21,104 bases of DNA from positions 1 to 21,104 of the forward strand of contig JBIKLL010000047.1 in NCBI GenBank assembly GCA_044359815.1. The letters run 5' to 3'. Of this stretch, positions 1 to 8,531 are shown in pieces. A program made the translations under genes and the position numbers. The notes under the pieces are model-generated. The model was given only the letters and a program-made list of their open reading frames with translations, searched no databases and was not told the origin of the DNA. Numbering within the stretch: position 1 is the stretch's first letter; every line of letters starts with the position of its first letter. Source of the stretch: Pseudobdellovibrionaceae bacterium (GTDB lineage Bacteria; Bdellovibrionota; Bdellovibrionia; Bdellovibrionales; Bdellovibrionaceae).

Positions 1-114
1 AACTAAATAACTAAATAACTAAATAACTAAATAACTAAATAACTAAATAACTAAATAACTAAATAACTAAATAACTAAATAACTAAATAACTAAATAACT
101 AAATAACTAAATAA
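1..114. repeat. Octamer microsatellite (AACTAAAT)x14, truncated by the window start
   Basis: 14 perfect copies at 1-112 plus AA, read directly. Confidence 0.97.
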
Positions 115-421
115 AATTTCTCTGAGTAATTTGAAATTCAATCAATAATTTACTGCCCGCGCTAAATTTTATTTTTTCTATCTTTTCCTTGACGTGTTTT
201 TTCAAATATTTTGCCGATTCTAATGCCAGCCTTACCTTTGTATTTCGTTGCTACTTATAGCTTCTCAACTCAGATATCACTAACGATCAGTCAAAATCCT
301 TTTGATCGAAATATTTTTCAACGACCGCTTCTTGGAAATCATTTAAACAGCAAAAAACGAACCAGCAAAACCCATGGTATAAATTTCTCAAACAGAAAAA
401 ACCCAAAGAAAGGACTTCCCA

Positions 422-1780
422 ATGACAGAAAAATCCCAACAAAACAAAATTCTTACCGACGAAAGCTTGCTGCAAACAATCAGATCTCGAGCCAAAACTG
501 AGCAGCAGCTCACACTGGAAGTCATTGAACTGATCCAAGAAGTGATGCGCAGACAGCTTTATCTGCAATTGGGATTTGGCAGTTTGTTTGATTTTGTAAC
601 CAAAGATCTGGGTTATGAACCCGCCAGCGCCATGCGACGGATTTCTGCAGCCCGACTAATCCAGCAGATTCCTGAGGTAAAAACCAAAATCCAAAATGGC
701 AGCTTGAAACTGACAGTGGTTGCTCAGGCTCAAAGCTTTTTCAAAAAAGAAGAAGCCGCAACCGGAAACAGATTAAAACCCGAGCAGAAAAAACAGATTC
801 TGCAAAACCTTGAAAATAAATCCTCTCGCGAAGCTGAGCTTGAGCTAGTAAAATTACGACCAGAGTCCCTCAAACACTCTGAACGTCTGCGGCCTCTGAC
901 CGAAGAATTTACAGAAATTAAATTTGTAATCACCTCAGACCTGAAAAATAAAATCACTGAATTGCAAAATCTTTTGTCTCATCAGTTGCCAGATAAAAAC
1001 ATCAGCAGTCTGATGCAGCTTCTGGTCGAAAAGCTTTACAATGATTTTAAACTGAAGGGCAAAATTGCAGAGATCAATTCTGAAATCACAAATAATCCAA
1101 CCTTTTCTTGTGCCGGAGTGAAAAACTCCTCAAGAATAGAGCACGCTACAGTGAACAAAAAATCTGACAATAAAGTTAATCAGATTGCATGCTTTGATCT
1201 GGTACCTCAAATCAAATATAAGCCCACTAACTCCGGCGCCGGAGTGGAGAAAAGCACGTCATACAAAAACTTAAACTACCCAGTCGTTAAATACTCACAA
1301 GGTCATAATCCCATTCAGTCTTCCAGAAAAATCAGGGAAAAAAAAGAATCAGTCATCCCTGCCAGCAAAACCTTACAAAGCAATCATCAAAATGAATTTG
1401 CAGAAAGAGCTTCGAAAAATTTGAAACTAAATTTCTCAACCAACACCTATACTAGCACCAGCACCAGCACCAGCTCCGAATACGAATCCAATACCACTAC
1501 GATCTCCAATGCCAAAACTTGTGCTAATATCAACACCAGCACAAAGGGTGGCTTAACAAGGAATCAATCACCCAGCAGATACATCGCAGCCCAAGTGCAA
1601 AAGTTTATTTGGAGACGGGATCAAGGCAGTTGCCAGTACCAAAACACAATCACAGGCAAAAAATGTGAATCAAAGCACCAATTGCAGATCGATCACATTC
1701 ATCGTTTTGCTGATGGTGGCAGCCATAAACCAGAAAACCTCAGACTGCTTTGTAGAGCGCATAACAATTGGCGGGGGTAG
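422..1780 (+). CDS. HNH endonuclease with a DUF222-like helical N-terminus and a low-complexity linker
   Basis: C-terminal RDQGSCQY...C...LQIDHIHRFADGGSHKPENLRLLCRAHN is a zinc-binding HNH motif; N-terminal LYLQLGFGSLFDFVTKDLGYEPASAMRRISAAR is typical of multicopy HNH genes; AAGGA RBS upstream. Confidence 0.9.
   Translation: MTEKSQQNKILTDESLLQTIRSRAKTEQQLTLEVIELIQEVMRRQLYLQLGFGSLFDFVTKDLGYEPASAMRRISAARLIQQIPEVKTKIQNGSLKLTVVAQAQSFFKKEEAATGNRLKPEQKKQILQNLENKSSREAELELVKLRPESLKHSERLRPLTEEFTEIKFVITSDLKNKITELQNLLSHQLPDKNISSLMQLLVEKLYNDFKLKGKIAEINSEITNNPTFSCAGVKNSSRIEHATVNKKSDNKVNQIACFDLVPQIKYKPTNSGAGVEKSTSYKNLNYPVVKYSQGHNPIQSSRKIREKKESVIPASKTLQSNHQNEFAERASKNLKLNFSTNTYTSTSTSTSSEYESNTTTISNAKTCANINTSTKGGLTRNQSPSRYIAAQVQKFIWRRDQGSCQYQNTITGKKCESKHQLQIDHIHRFADGGSHKPENLRLLCRAHNNWRG
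1230..1245. repeat. Perfect 16-bp palindrome ACTCCGGCGCCGGAGT inside the HNH gene (encodes NSGAGV)
   Basis: Self-complementary; degenerate copy at 1104-1119 (126 nt upstream, FSCAGV); identical copy at 20898-20913. Confidence 0.9.
1454..1477 (+). repeat. Hexamer repeat (AGCACC)x3 + AGCTCC encoding the Ser/Thr run of the HNH linker
   Basis: Read directly; protein TSTSTSTSS. Confidence 0.75.
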
Positions 1781-2132
1781 ACCGCGACGGTCGCGCATAA
1801 CAAATGGCGCGGTTAATGATCAAACAATTAACCAGAAAACCTGCGACTGCTTTGCCGCGCACACAACAATTGGCGTGGATAAGCTGCAAAAGCTGAACAC
1901 ATTTAACAGTTGGAGGAGTTATCTGAAAATCAATGCTCACAACAATTGGCGTGGATAAACCGCGATAAACACACACACATTTAATTGTCGGAGAAGTTAT
2001 CTGAAAATCAATGCACACAACAATTGGCGAGGGTAGAACGCGACAAGCGCACACATTTAATTGTCGGAGAAGTTATCTGAAAATCAATGCACACAACAAT
2101 TGGCGGGGATAAACCGCGACAAGCGCACACAA
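1757..2132 (+). repeat. Array of copies of the HNH gene 3' end (24-nt core GCNCAYAACAAWTGGCGNGGNTAR), with ~76-78 nt units in the distal part
   Basis: Cores at 1757-1780 (gene end), 1793-1816, 1859-1882, 1935-1958, 2013-2036 and 2089-2112; partial linker at 2113-2132. Confidence 0.92.
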
Positions 2133-2258
2133 GAACCTAAAAATACAATCCATCGGAAAAGCTTCCGAAAAATTAAAACATGCTTTGCAAGTGCAAAAAT
2201 ATATCTGCAGGCACCTTGAGAAATGCTACTTGATTACCGCCTGATCAACATCACTAAC

Positions 2259-3464
2259 CTAATAATTAGTTTTTTTAATAAAAGGCAGCAGCAAATAACA
2301 AAGCAAAGTCATTGCCACAGCAAAATATCCAACCAACGGATAATTTAATAAATGCCCGCTGCCGGCGTCCTTGACGATAATGGCTCCAGCAATCAGCGAA
2401 GCCGCAGAACTGGCATACTGCTGCAAACAACTGGACAATCCCATAAAGGTTCCTCGATGCTCGGGTGGCACGGCCCCCGTCACCAATGTCATCGCCGGCA
2501 CCATACGACCTGACATCACTAAAAACAAAACTAACCCGATCAACAACACGATATACATTGGCCACTGCTGCATCTGAGTGATGGCAATAAATGGCGGAGC
2601 TGAAATCAACAAAGAATATTGCAAAACTTTTTTTGCTCCATATTTATCAACCAACCGACCCGTCACAGGGGATGCGATCATCGATGTGATGCCACCAATT
2701 AAATAAAAAAACGGCAATTCAGATAAACTCATACCCACGTTTGCAATCAATGAAGGACTGATAAACGGAATCACCGAAAACTGCCCCAATATCAACATGC
2801 ACATCAAAGCCAATGGGGCAATTAAAGCAGGAGAGCTTAAGGTTTCCTTGAAAAACAAAATAGTTTTTTGAAATCCCATCGCTTGTCCATGCAAATGTTT
2901 ATTGATCGCGGGAACTGAATTGTAAATTCCCACCAAAACCACAGAAGACAAAATCACTAAAAAATAAAACGGTGCATGCCATCCAAAGTGCGAAGCCAGA
3001 TAAATACTAAATGGAACTCCAGCAATGCTGGCCACGGAAAAAGCACTCATCACCAATCCCAGAGCTGTCCCACGCTTTTCGGCGGCAATGCTGTCCCCCA
3101 CAATGGCCAGCACGGTGGAAGTTAACACTCCCCCAAAGCCTCCGGTCAGAATTCTGGATAACAATAAAAATAAATAATCATTCGACAGCCCACAACACAA
3201 AGTCCCTACGATAAATCCAAAATACAAAAACACTAGTGATTTTTTACGATCAAATCTGTCCATAAAAAACGCTGACAACAATCCCGTTGTCCCCGCTGAC
3301 AGTGCATAAGCTGAAACCAACATCCCAAATTTTTGAGCAGAAATATCAAAATGCTTCATCAAGGGTTCACCCAGCGGCATCAGAATCATAAAATCCACAA
3401 TGTGGGTAAACTGCACAGCTGCTAGCGAAAACAATAATATTTTTTCAGATTTATTAAACTTCAT
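2259..3464 (-). CDS. MFS transporter (DHA1-like)
   Basis: 401 aa, about 12 hydrophobic segments, motif A (FMDRFDRKK and GRLVDKYGAKK). Confidence 0.92.
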   Translation of the reverse strand: MKFNKSEKILLFSLAAVQFTHIVDFMILMPLGEPLMKHFDISAQKFGMLVSAYALSAGTTGLLSAFFMDRFDRKKSLVFLYFGFIVGTLCCGLSNDYLFLLLSRILTGGFGGVLTSTVLAIVGDSIAAEKRGTALGLVMSAFSVASIAGVPFSIYLASHFGWHAPFYFLVILSSVVLVGIYNSVPAINKHLHGQAMGFQKTILFFKETLSSPALIAPLALMCMLILGQFSVIPFISPSLIANVGMSLSELPFFYLIGGITSMIASPVTGRLVDKYGAKKVLQYSLLISAPPFIAITQMQQWPMYIVLLIGLVLFLVMSGRMVPAMTLVTGAVPPEHRGTFMGLSSCLQQYASSAASLIAGAIIVKDAGSGHLLNYPLVGYFAVAMTLLCYLLLPFIKKTNY

Positions 3465-3508
3465 CAGAATTAAATTTTAGCCCGCTACTCTACAGAGTTC
3501 AAATTGAA

Positions 3509-4489
3509 TCATTTGTTATACAGCCTCCCAGAAGCCGTTCGACCTAAATCCATAAAATCATCTGCAGACAATCGATCCAAGTTCACTCGCCCTTTGGAAC
3601 CCACAAGCTGCGACAAGTGAGTCATTTCAACTGAGTCTACAATCAAAAGCTTTTTGATCGTTCTAAAATCCAAATCGCTGCGCGAGCCTGATAAAATCCT
3701 GACCACCAATCCAGCCACAAATGCAGCCGCCTGAGACGTCCCCGTTAGCTTGCCGTATTTACCCACTGGCAAGGTGCTGATAATGTTTTCACCGGGTGCT
3801 GCAACTGTGACCGAATTCAATCCAAAGTTTGATGAAGCCACCATATGATTGCCGTCAGTCAAGCTCATCACAGAAATAATATTTTCTAGATCATATCTGG
3901 CTGGAAAGAATTTATTTTTGTCGATGTTTGTGCCCGAGTTTCCACTGGCTGTAACAAAGACCACGTTATTTTTTAATGCTCGCAACAAAGCCTCGTATTC
4001 AGCACTGCTGGAATCCATACCCGCTGATGAATAGTTAATAACACACACACCTTGGTCAATGGCATAGTTAATGGCATTGACGGTGGCTTTCACCGGCGAT
4101 GACAATGAATAATCAAAATATTTTAAAACCATCAGCTGCGCATTGGGCGCTTGGCTTTTAATGTGATTGCCCTTTGCCGCAATGATGCCGCTGACATGAG
4201 TCCCGTGGCCAATCGTGTCCATTAAGTTGTTATTGTTATCCACAAAATTCCAACCATGAACATCGTCAATAAATCCATTTTGGTCATCGTCGATACCATT
4301 TGTTGATTTGTCTTTGCCCCAAGCATCCTGTCCCGACTCACCTGGGTTAATCCATAGTGAATTTTTTAAATCTGGATGAGTGCTATCAATCCCTGTATCA
4401 ATCACCGCAACAACATTTTTTAATTTACAGTTTCCCTTAGCCGCGATGGCCGCCAACAATATCAAAATTCCAATCATAATAAGTTTCAT
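3509..4489 (-). CDS. Secreted S8 subtilisin-like serine peptidase
   Basis: Catalytic motifs VIDTG, GHGTHVSG, GTSQA; oxyanion ASGN; NGIDDDQNGFIDD Ca-binding loop; signal peptide. Confidence 0.93.
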   Translation of the reverse strand: MKLIMIGILILLAAIAAKGNCKLKNVVAVIDTGIDSTHPDLKNSLWINPGESGQDAWGKDKSTNGIDDDQNGFIDDVHGWNFVDNNNNLMDTIGHGTHVSGIIAAKGNHIKSQAPNAQLMVLKYFDYSLSSPVKATVNAINYAIDQGVCVINYSSAGMDSSSAEYEALLRALKNNVVFVTASGNSGTNIDKNKFFPARYDLENIISVMSLTDGNHMVASSNFGLNSVTVAAPGENIISTLPVGKYGKLTGTSQAAAFVAGLVVRILSGSRSDLDFRTIKKLLIVDSVEMTHLSQLVGSKGRVNLDRLSADDFMDLGRTASGRLYNK

Positions 4490-5013
4490 GGTAAATTCCC
4501 CTGTCTGATGGCCTGGAGGCCTTGGTTGGTTTTCAAAAAAACAAACTGTAATCGTTCTGATTTTCCGCAGGACGATTTCTTTACTGTGATCTGCGTGTAG
4601 GTTTTTTGAGTTTCCAAAAAGCTATAACTGAATTCCTGCTGGCAGTTTCGTTTTCTGACCCAAACGACGGTGTCATTGGCATCGTCGTATTTTATGACTG
4701 CATTGATTTTAGGACCGCGGATTGAAATCAGATTTTTATGCTGATTGTAGATCATTTTGTAGGGGCCAAACTGTATCAGTAGGCCGTTTTTAACTGTGTG
4801 ATTCGGAATTTTTTGATTGAGTGATTGCAGTTGCCAGCCTATGCCCAAAGAGCCTTTATTTAAGCTTTTTGAGTTATAAGAAATCTTGAAATTTTGATGT
4901 GCGATTTCAGTTTTAAAGGAGCCTTCCAGTGGATCCACCGTAGCTGTAGCTTTATGAGACAGCATGCAGGCAACAGCAATCTTCAAAATCAGTTTGAAGT
5001 ATTGCTTTTTCAT
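4486..5013 (-). CDS. Secreted protein resembling the N-terminus of YD/RHS-repeat (DUF6531-like) proteins
   Basis: YNSKSLNKGSLGIGW motif followed by short YD-like segments (YNQHKNLISI, YDDANDTV); start placed at MKKQY with a signal peptide (ORF-track start 5058); 4-nt ATGA overlap with the subtilase. Confidence 0.55.
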   Translation of the reverse strand: MKKQYFKLILKIAVACMLSHKATATVDPLEGSFKTEIAHQNFKISYNSKSLNKGSLGIGWQLQSLNQKIPNHTVKNGLLIQFGPYKMIYNQHKNLISIRGPKINAVIKYDDANDTVVWVRKRNCQQEFSYSFLETQKTYTQITVKKSSCGKSERLQFVFLKTNQGLQAIRQGNLP

Positions 5014-5140
5014 CTTGCTTATAAGCAAAGCAAAGCGCGGGCCAATGGCCTCTGGCATTTAATTCCAGATGATCTCTGATTTTTAAGATCCTGACTGTAA
5101 CCCCCATGTCAGAGTAACGCCTGTGTAAAAGTTTTTTTGG

Positions 5141-5803
5141 TTACGGAATCAAACTGCGAAAATCTGATTCCAATTGATATTCCCCATCCAGCCCCAAAGC
5201 TTTGGCCTGATCAGGAAATTTGATTTTGGTAGCCTTCAAGGCAATCTGGTTAGATTTATATGCAGTCTGATTGCCATACAAAGCATCACCAATAATGGCA
5301 CACTGATGACGGTACATCTCGTACCGCAATTGATGGGCTCTACCCGTTAATGGCGTCAATTCCCATACTAAACAATTTTGCCCGTTAAAATTTAACTGCG
5401 ACACAACCTGGGCCCTGGTCAAACTGGCCTTACCCAGCTCATGTTCGTAGGCTCGCTTTTTACCCCTCAGCAAACGGCACTTCCATTCGTGTTTTGATCC
5501 AATCGGATATTCGGGATTCAGCAAACTCAAAGCCTCATAGGTTTTTTGAACAGTCTTTTTTGCAAACCAAGAATTTGCGTCTGTGTGTGCTTTTGGATTA
5601 AGCGCGTACAAAACCAAACCACTGACTTCATAATCCAATCGGTGAACCGGAATGATGGGTTTTCTGATTTGATCCTTTAGCAACAATCCTAATACAGGCC
5701 TGGATTCTGTATCCATGTGTCTGGACGGCACGCTCAGCATACCTGCAGGCTTATCGACTAAAATAAAGTTTTCATTTTGAAATACGATTTTGATATTCAA
5801 CAT
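5141..5803 (-). CDS. RluA-family RNA pseudouridine synthase
   Basis: DKPAGM, catalytic HRLD, TGRAHQLR and IIGDALYG motifs. Confidence 0.92.
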   Translation of the reverse strand: MLNIKIVFQNENFILVDKPAGMLSVPSRHMDTESRPVLGLLLKDQIRKPIIPVHRLDYEVSGLVLYALNPKAHTDANSWFAKKTVQKTYEALSLLNPEYPIGSKHEWKCRLLRGKKRAYEHELGKASLTRAQVVSQLNFNGQNCLVWELTPLTGRAHQLRYEMYRHQCAIIGDALYGNQTAYKSNQIALKATKIKFPDQAKALGLDGEYQLESDFRSLIP

Positions 5804-5810
5804 TCAGTTT

Positions 5811-6401
5811 TTATTTTTTATTCAGACCAATTAAAAATATTTCTTTGCTCTCTTTGCGAGTCGATTCAGGTTTTACGGCTTCAAATTTTTCAAATCGTTT
5901 TAGCATTTCAGTTTTTAGTTCCTTAAAATCATCGCTGTGAAACAATTTTGCGACCATATGACCGCCAGGTTTCAAGGTTGTGTCTGACAGCTGCACTACA
6001 AATTCAACCAATTGGGCCGAACGAGCCTGATCGGTAAACCTGATCCCCGTGGTCTTTGGCGCCATATCACTGATCAATAAATCTACCTGGGAATGCCGGC
6101 CCAGTTTTTGAAACTCAGATGCGTAATCATAAACAGTGGCATCACCGGTTGCACAAACTATGTTGGGTTCTGAAAGCTTTAGTTCAGTCAAATCTATGGC
6201 AAAAACCAAACCCTTTTCGCCCACTTTTTTTGAGGCGTATTGGCTCCACGAACCCGGGCTGGCACCCAGATCCAGCACAAACATTCCTGATCGAAACAAT
6301 TTAAATTTTTTGTCGATGGCTTCCAGTTTATAAACTGAACGGGCCAAATAGTTTTCCTTCTTGGCCTTTTTAAAATAAAAATCTTGTGGATTGTAAGCCA
6401 T
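5811..6401 (-). CDS. rlmE: 23S rRNA Um2552 2'-O-methyltransferase (FtsJ/RrmJ)
   Basis: RSVYKL, VLDLGASPGSWSQ, SDMAP and KPESTRKESKE motifs with the K-D-K-E tetrad. Confidence 0.93.
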   Translation of the reverse strand: MAYNPQDFYFKKAKKENYLARSVYKLEAIDKKFKLFRSGMFVLDLGASPGSWSQYASKKVGEKGLVFAIDLTELKLSEPNIVCATGDATVYDYASEFQKLGRHSQVDLLISDMAPKTTGIRFTDQARSAQLVEFVVQLSDTTLKPGGHMVAKLFHSDDFKELKTEMLKRFEKFEAVKPESTRKESKEIFLIGLNKK

Positions 6402-6402
6402 A

Positions 6403-6420
6403 ATCTAAGGTAGCTTAGAT
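6403..6420. promoter_or_regulatory. Inverted repeat ATCTAAG-GTAG-CTTAGAT in the 42-bp divergent gap between rlmE and the small membrane protein gene
   Basis: Perfect 7-bp arms; any regulatory role is inferred only. Confidence 0.3.
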
Positions 6421-6443
6421 ACCTAGACAGCATTGGAGAGTCC

Positions 6444-6635
6444 ATGGAAATTGCTTGGGTTATGGGAATCTTTTTTACTTTTGTAACCATTATCTTTATT
6501 GCCGTAGCGATTTTTTTACCCGAATGGGTGGGCATCACGGGCAAAAAGGCTCAAGCCATCATCAAAGAACACCAAGGCGACTCAAGCCCTGGATCGGCTG
6601 GCCAAAACGGAAACTCCAATAATACTGGCGCCTAA
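6444..6635 (+). CDS. Small single-pass membrane protein
   Basis: GGAG RBS upstream; one strong TM helix followed by a polar tail; 3' end overlaps the DUF475 gene convergently. Confidence 0.6.
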   Translation: MEIAWVMGIFFTFVTIIFIAVAIFLPEWVGITGKKAQAIIKEHQGDSSPGSAGQNGNSNNTGA

Positions 6636-7607
6636 CAAACCTGTTATCAGTTCTGGCACATGAGTGATCGTGTTTAAGAACATGATTGTAGCCAAAACCC
6701 AAACGGCATAAAAAGCCCCATGCTCTAAATATTTGTAAGCCTGCAGGACGCCGTTTTCGACCATCATAATGGTCAGGCTTCTGACAAACATCGCACCAAT
6801 ACCCAAACCGATAGCAATTAAAAATAAATTATTCGAAATAGCAAAGGCCCCGACGACGCCATCAAAACTAAAGCTGGCGTCCAAAACCTCCAGATACAAA
6901 AACATTCCCAAGCTGGCTTTGTGAATGTCTATGTTTTCAGTATCAGGCCCTTGCAATATGGTTTCCAAAGCTTCTACAAATAAAAAAGTAAAAATCCCTG
7001 CACAGCCTGAAAAAATCAATCCAATTTGTCGACCAGGTTCTGACAAACTGGCCATTAATAAAACCACTGCCAAGGTAATCCCGACCTCGATGGCTTCCAG
7101 GTGCCCCATTTTGGACAGATTTCTTTCAACCCAACCAAACCAGTGTTCGTTTTTCTGATCGTTCATAAAAAATTTCAAAGCCACCAACATCAAAAAAGAA
7201 GCCCCGTAAATTGAAACTTCATGATGAATCGATAACATCAGATTGGCATAATCTTGGGGCTTCATCGCTGCCATTTGCAAAGCTTCCCAAGGATTAATGT
7301 CAGCCATGATTGAAACAATCGCTAATGGAAAAATTAATCGCATTCCAAAAACTGCAATCAAAATTCCCCAGGTCAGAAACCGGCGTTTCCAAACCTCAGT
7401 CATTTTTTCCAGAACCGTGGCGTTGACCACAGCATTATCAAAAGATATCGAAATCTCTAGCACGCTTAAAATTGTGGCAAAAAATAAAAACCTTAAACCG
7501 CCTGCCACACTGCCTTCATAATACACACCTAAAAAATAGGAGCCAATTAGGCCCAGTACGGTAACAATCACGCTGCTTCTAAAATATTTAAAATATCCTG
7601 GCTTCAT
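6582..7607 (-). CDS. DUF475 (TerC-related) integral membrane protein
   Basis: LEISISFDNAVVNA, FLYLEVLDASFSFDGVVGAFA and YLEHGAFYA motifs. Confidence 0.9.
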   Translation of the reverse strand: MKPGYFKYFRSSVIVTVLGLIGSYFLGVYYEGSVAGGLRFLFFATILSVLEISISFDNAVVNATVLEKMTEVWKRRFLTWGILIAVFGMRLIFPLAIVSIMADINPWEALQMAAMKPQDYANLMLSIHHEVSIYGASFLMLVALKFFMNDQKNEHWFGWVERNLSKMGHLEAIEVGITLAVVLLMASLSEPGRQIGLIFSGCAGIFTFLFVEALETILQGPDTENIDIHKASLGMFLYLEVLDASFSFDGVVGAFAISNNLFLIAIGLGIGAMFVRSLTIMMVENGVLQAYKYLEHGAFYAVWVLATIMFLNTITHVPELITGLLGASIIGVSVLASRSRA

Positions 7608-7615
7608 AGGATTTG

Positions 7616-7621
7616 ATTATA
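7616..7621 (-). promoter_or_regulatory. -10 box TATAAT 8 nt upstream of the DUF475 ATG (leaderless or near-leaderless)
   Basis: Minus strand reads TATAAT-caaatcct-ATG with no SD sequence. Confidence 0.5.
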
Positions 7622-7715
7622 GGGGCAAATTTTAAAATTGGTAGCCGTTTGACACCAAAATGCTTGGCATCGAAATCGCATTAGGACTTAATCAATCAAA
7701 CAATAGGAGGAAGAA

Positions 7716-8471
7716 ATGAAAACATTATTTTTAAAACTGGTAGCAGCAGCGATGCTGGTGTCACAAGGGGCACAGGCTCAGAATTTTGATCTGGATTTAT
7801 ATCCAAGATCACCCGCTCAGGAACATGAGGGTTACTATGGTGACCATGATGACGATTGGGATCGCGGACGCGGTCGCGGTCGCGGTGATGGTGGTGTCAT
7901 CCGTCGTGATGTTAACAGAGTGGTCGGCAATGGATCAGTGCTTGATGTGGGCAGGATTTTGGGACTTGATGGTCGCGAAATGCAACAGGCGTCAGTGGTC
8001 ATTTTGAGACTGGCAGACCAAGGTCGCAGAGGACGCAATCACATTTTGGCAGAACTTTTTGTTAACGGTCGACTGGCAGACAGCCAATACACTGATGGCA
8101 GAGGCGATGGCCGAGTCAGATTGCAAGTCAATAACGGTGGTCGACGAGGTGTCAGAACACTGCAGGTCAGACTGAGCGGATCCAATGCCATATTTGTTGA
8201 TATGGTTGGTGCGCGATTACATGGTGGCAATGGTGGTGGTGGAGGCTTCCCCGGAGGTCGCATGGTTCAAATCACTTGCGAAAGCTTTAAACCGCTTTCA
8301 ATGGAGTGCCAAGCTGGTGGACCGATCTTGAATGCCTACGTGGTTAACCAAAGATCCAACGATGACTGCATCCAAGGTCGTAGCTGGTATATCAACTACC
8401 AAAACAACTCAATCGTTGTTTCAAGAGGCTGCCGAGCTACTTTCAACGTCGAGATTGGTTACAGATACTAA
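7716..8471 (+). CDS. Secreted Gly/Arg-rich protein with a C-terminal DUF3011-like domain
   Basis: Strong AGGAGG RBS; signal peptide ending AQA; C-terminal ITCES...C...QRSNDDCIQGRSW...VSRGCRATF pattern. Confidence 0.75.
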   Translation: MKTLFLKLVAAAMLVSQGAQAQNFDLDLYPRSPAQEHEGYYGDHDDDWDRGRGRGRGDGGVIRRDVNRVVGNGSVLDVGRILGLDGREMQQASVVILRLADQGRRGRNHILAELFVNGRLADSQYTDGRGDGRVRLQVNNGGRRGVRTLQVRLSGSNAIFVDMVGARLHGGNGGGGGFPGGRMVQITCESFKPLSMECQAGGPILNAYVVNQRSNDDCIQGRSWYINYQNNSIVVSRGCRATFNVEIGYRY

Positions 8472-8484
8472 AAAGTATTTTTCC

Positions 8485-8513
8485 AGCAGCTTGGGCAACC
8501 AAGCTGCTTTTTT
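8485..8513 (+). terminator. Rho-independent terminator of 7716-8471
   Basis: Stem AGCAGCTTGG / CCAAGCTGCT, GCAA tetraloop, T-run. Confidence 0.85.
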
Positions 8514-8531
8514 GATTTTTGCCTAATTGCT

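Noticed and set aside
327..339. 13-nt inverted match GCTTCTTGGAAAT with 20858-20870, suggesting subterminal inverted repeats
   Set aside because: The match is isolated, spacing from the end arrays is not colinear, and no extended homology was seen
211..568. ORFs 211-501 (+) and 287-568 (-)
   Set aside because: They overlap the HNH start and have no recognisable features; the other short nested or antisense ORFs in the track were rejected for the same reason
422..1780. IscB/Cas9-like RNA-guided nuclease
   Set aside because: No PLMP or RuvC motifs are visible; only a C-terminal HNH domain
1730..1882. Diversity-generating retroelement VR/TR pair
   Set aside because: The differences are synonymous and not confined to adenines, and no reverse transcriptase is in the window
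1665..2054. ORFs 1665-1958 (+) and 1740-2054 (-)
   Set aside because: They are by-products of the repeat array overlapping the HNH 3' end, with no RBS or family signal
1757..2132. CRISPR array
   Set aside because: The intervening sequences are related to each other and irregular in length (12-54 nt), the repeat is the gene's own coding end, and no cas genes are in the window
7863..7886. (CGCGGT)n short repeat
   Set aside because: It is explained by the RGRGRGRG low-complexity coding stretch
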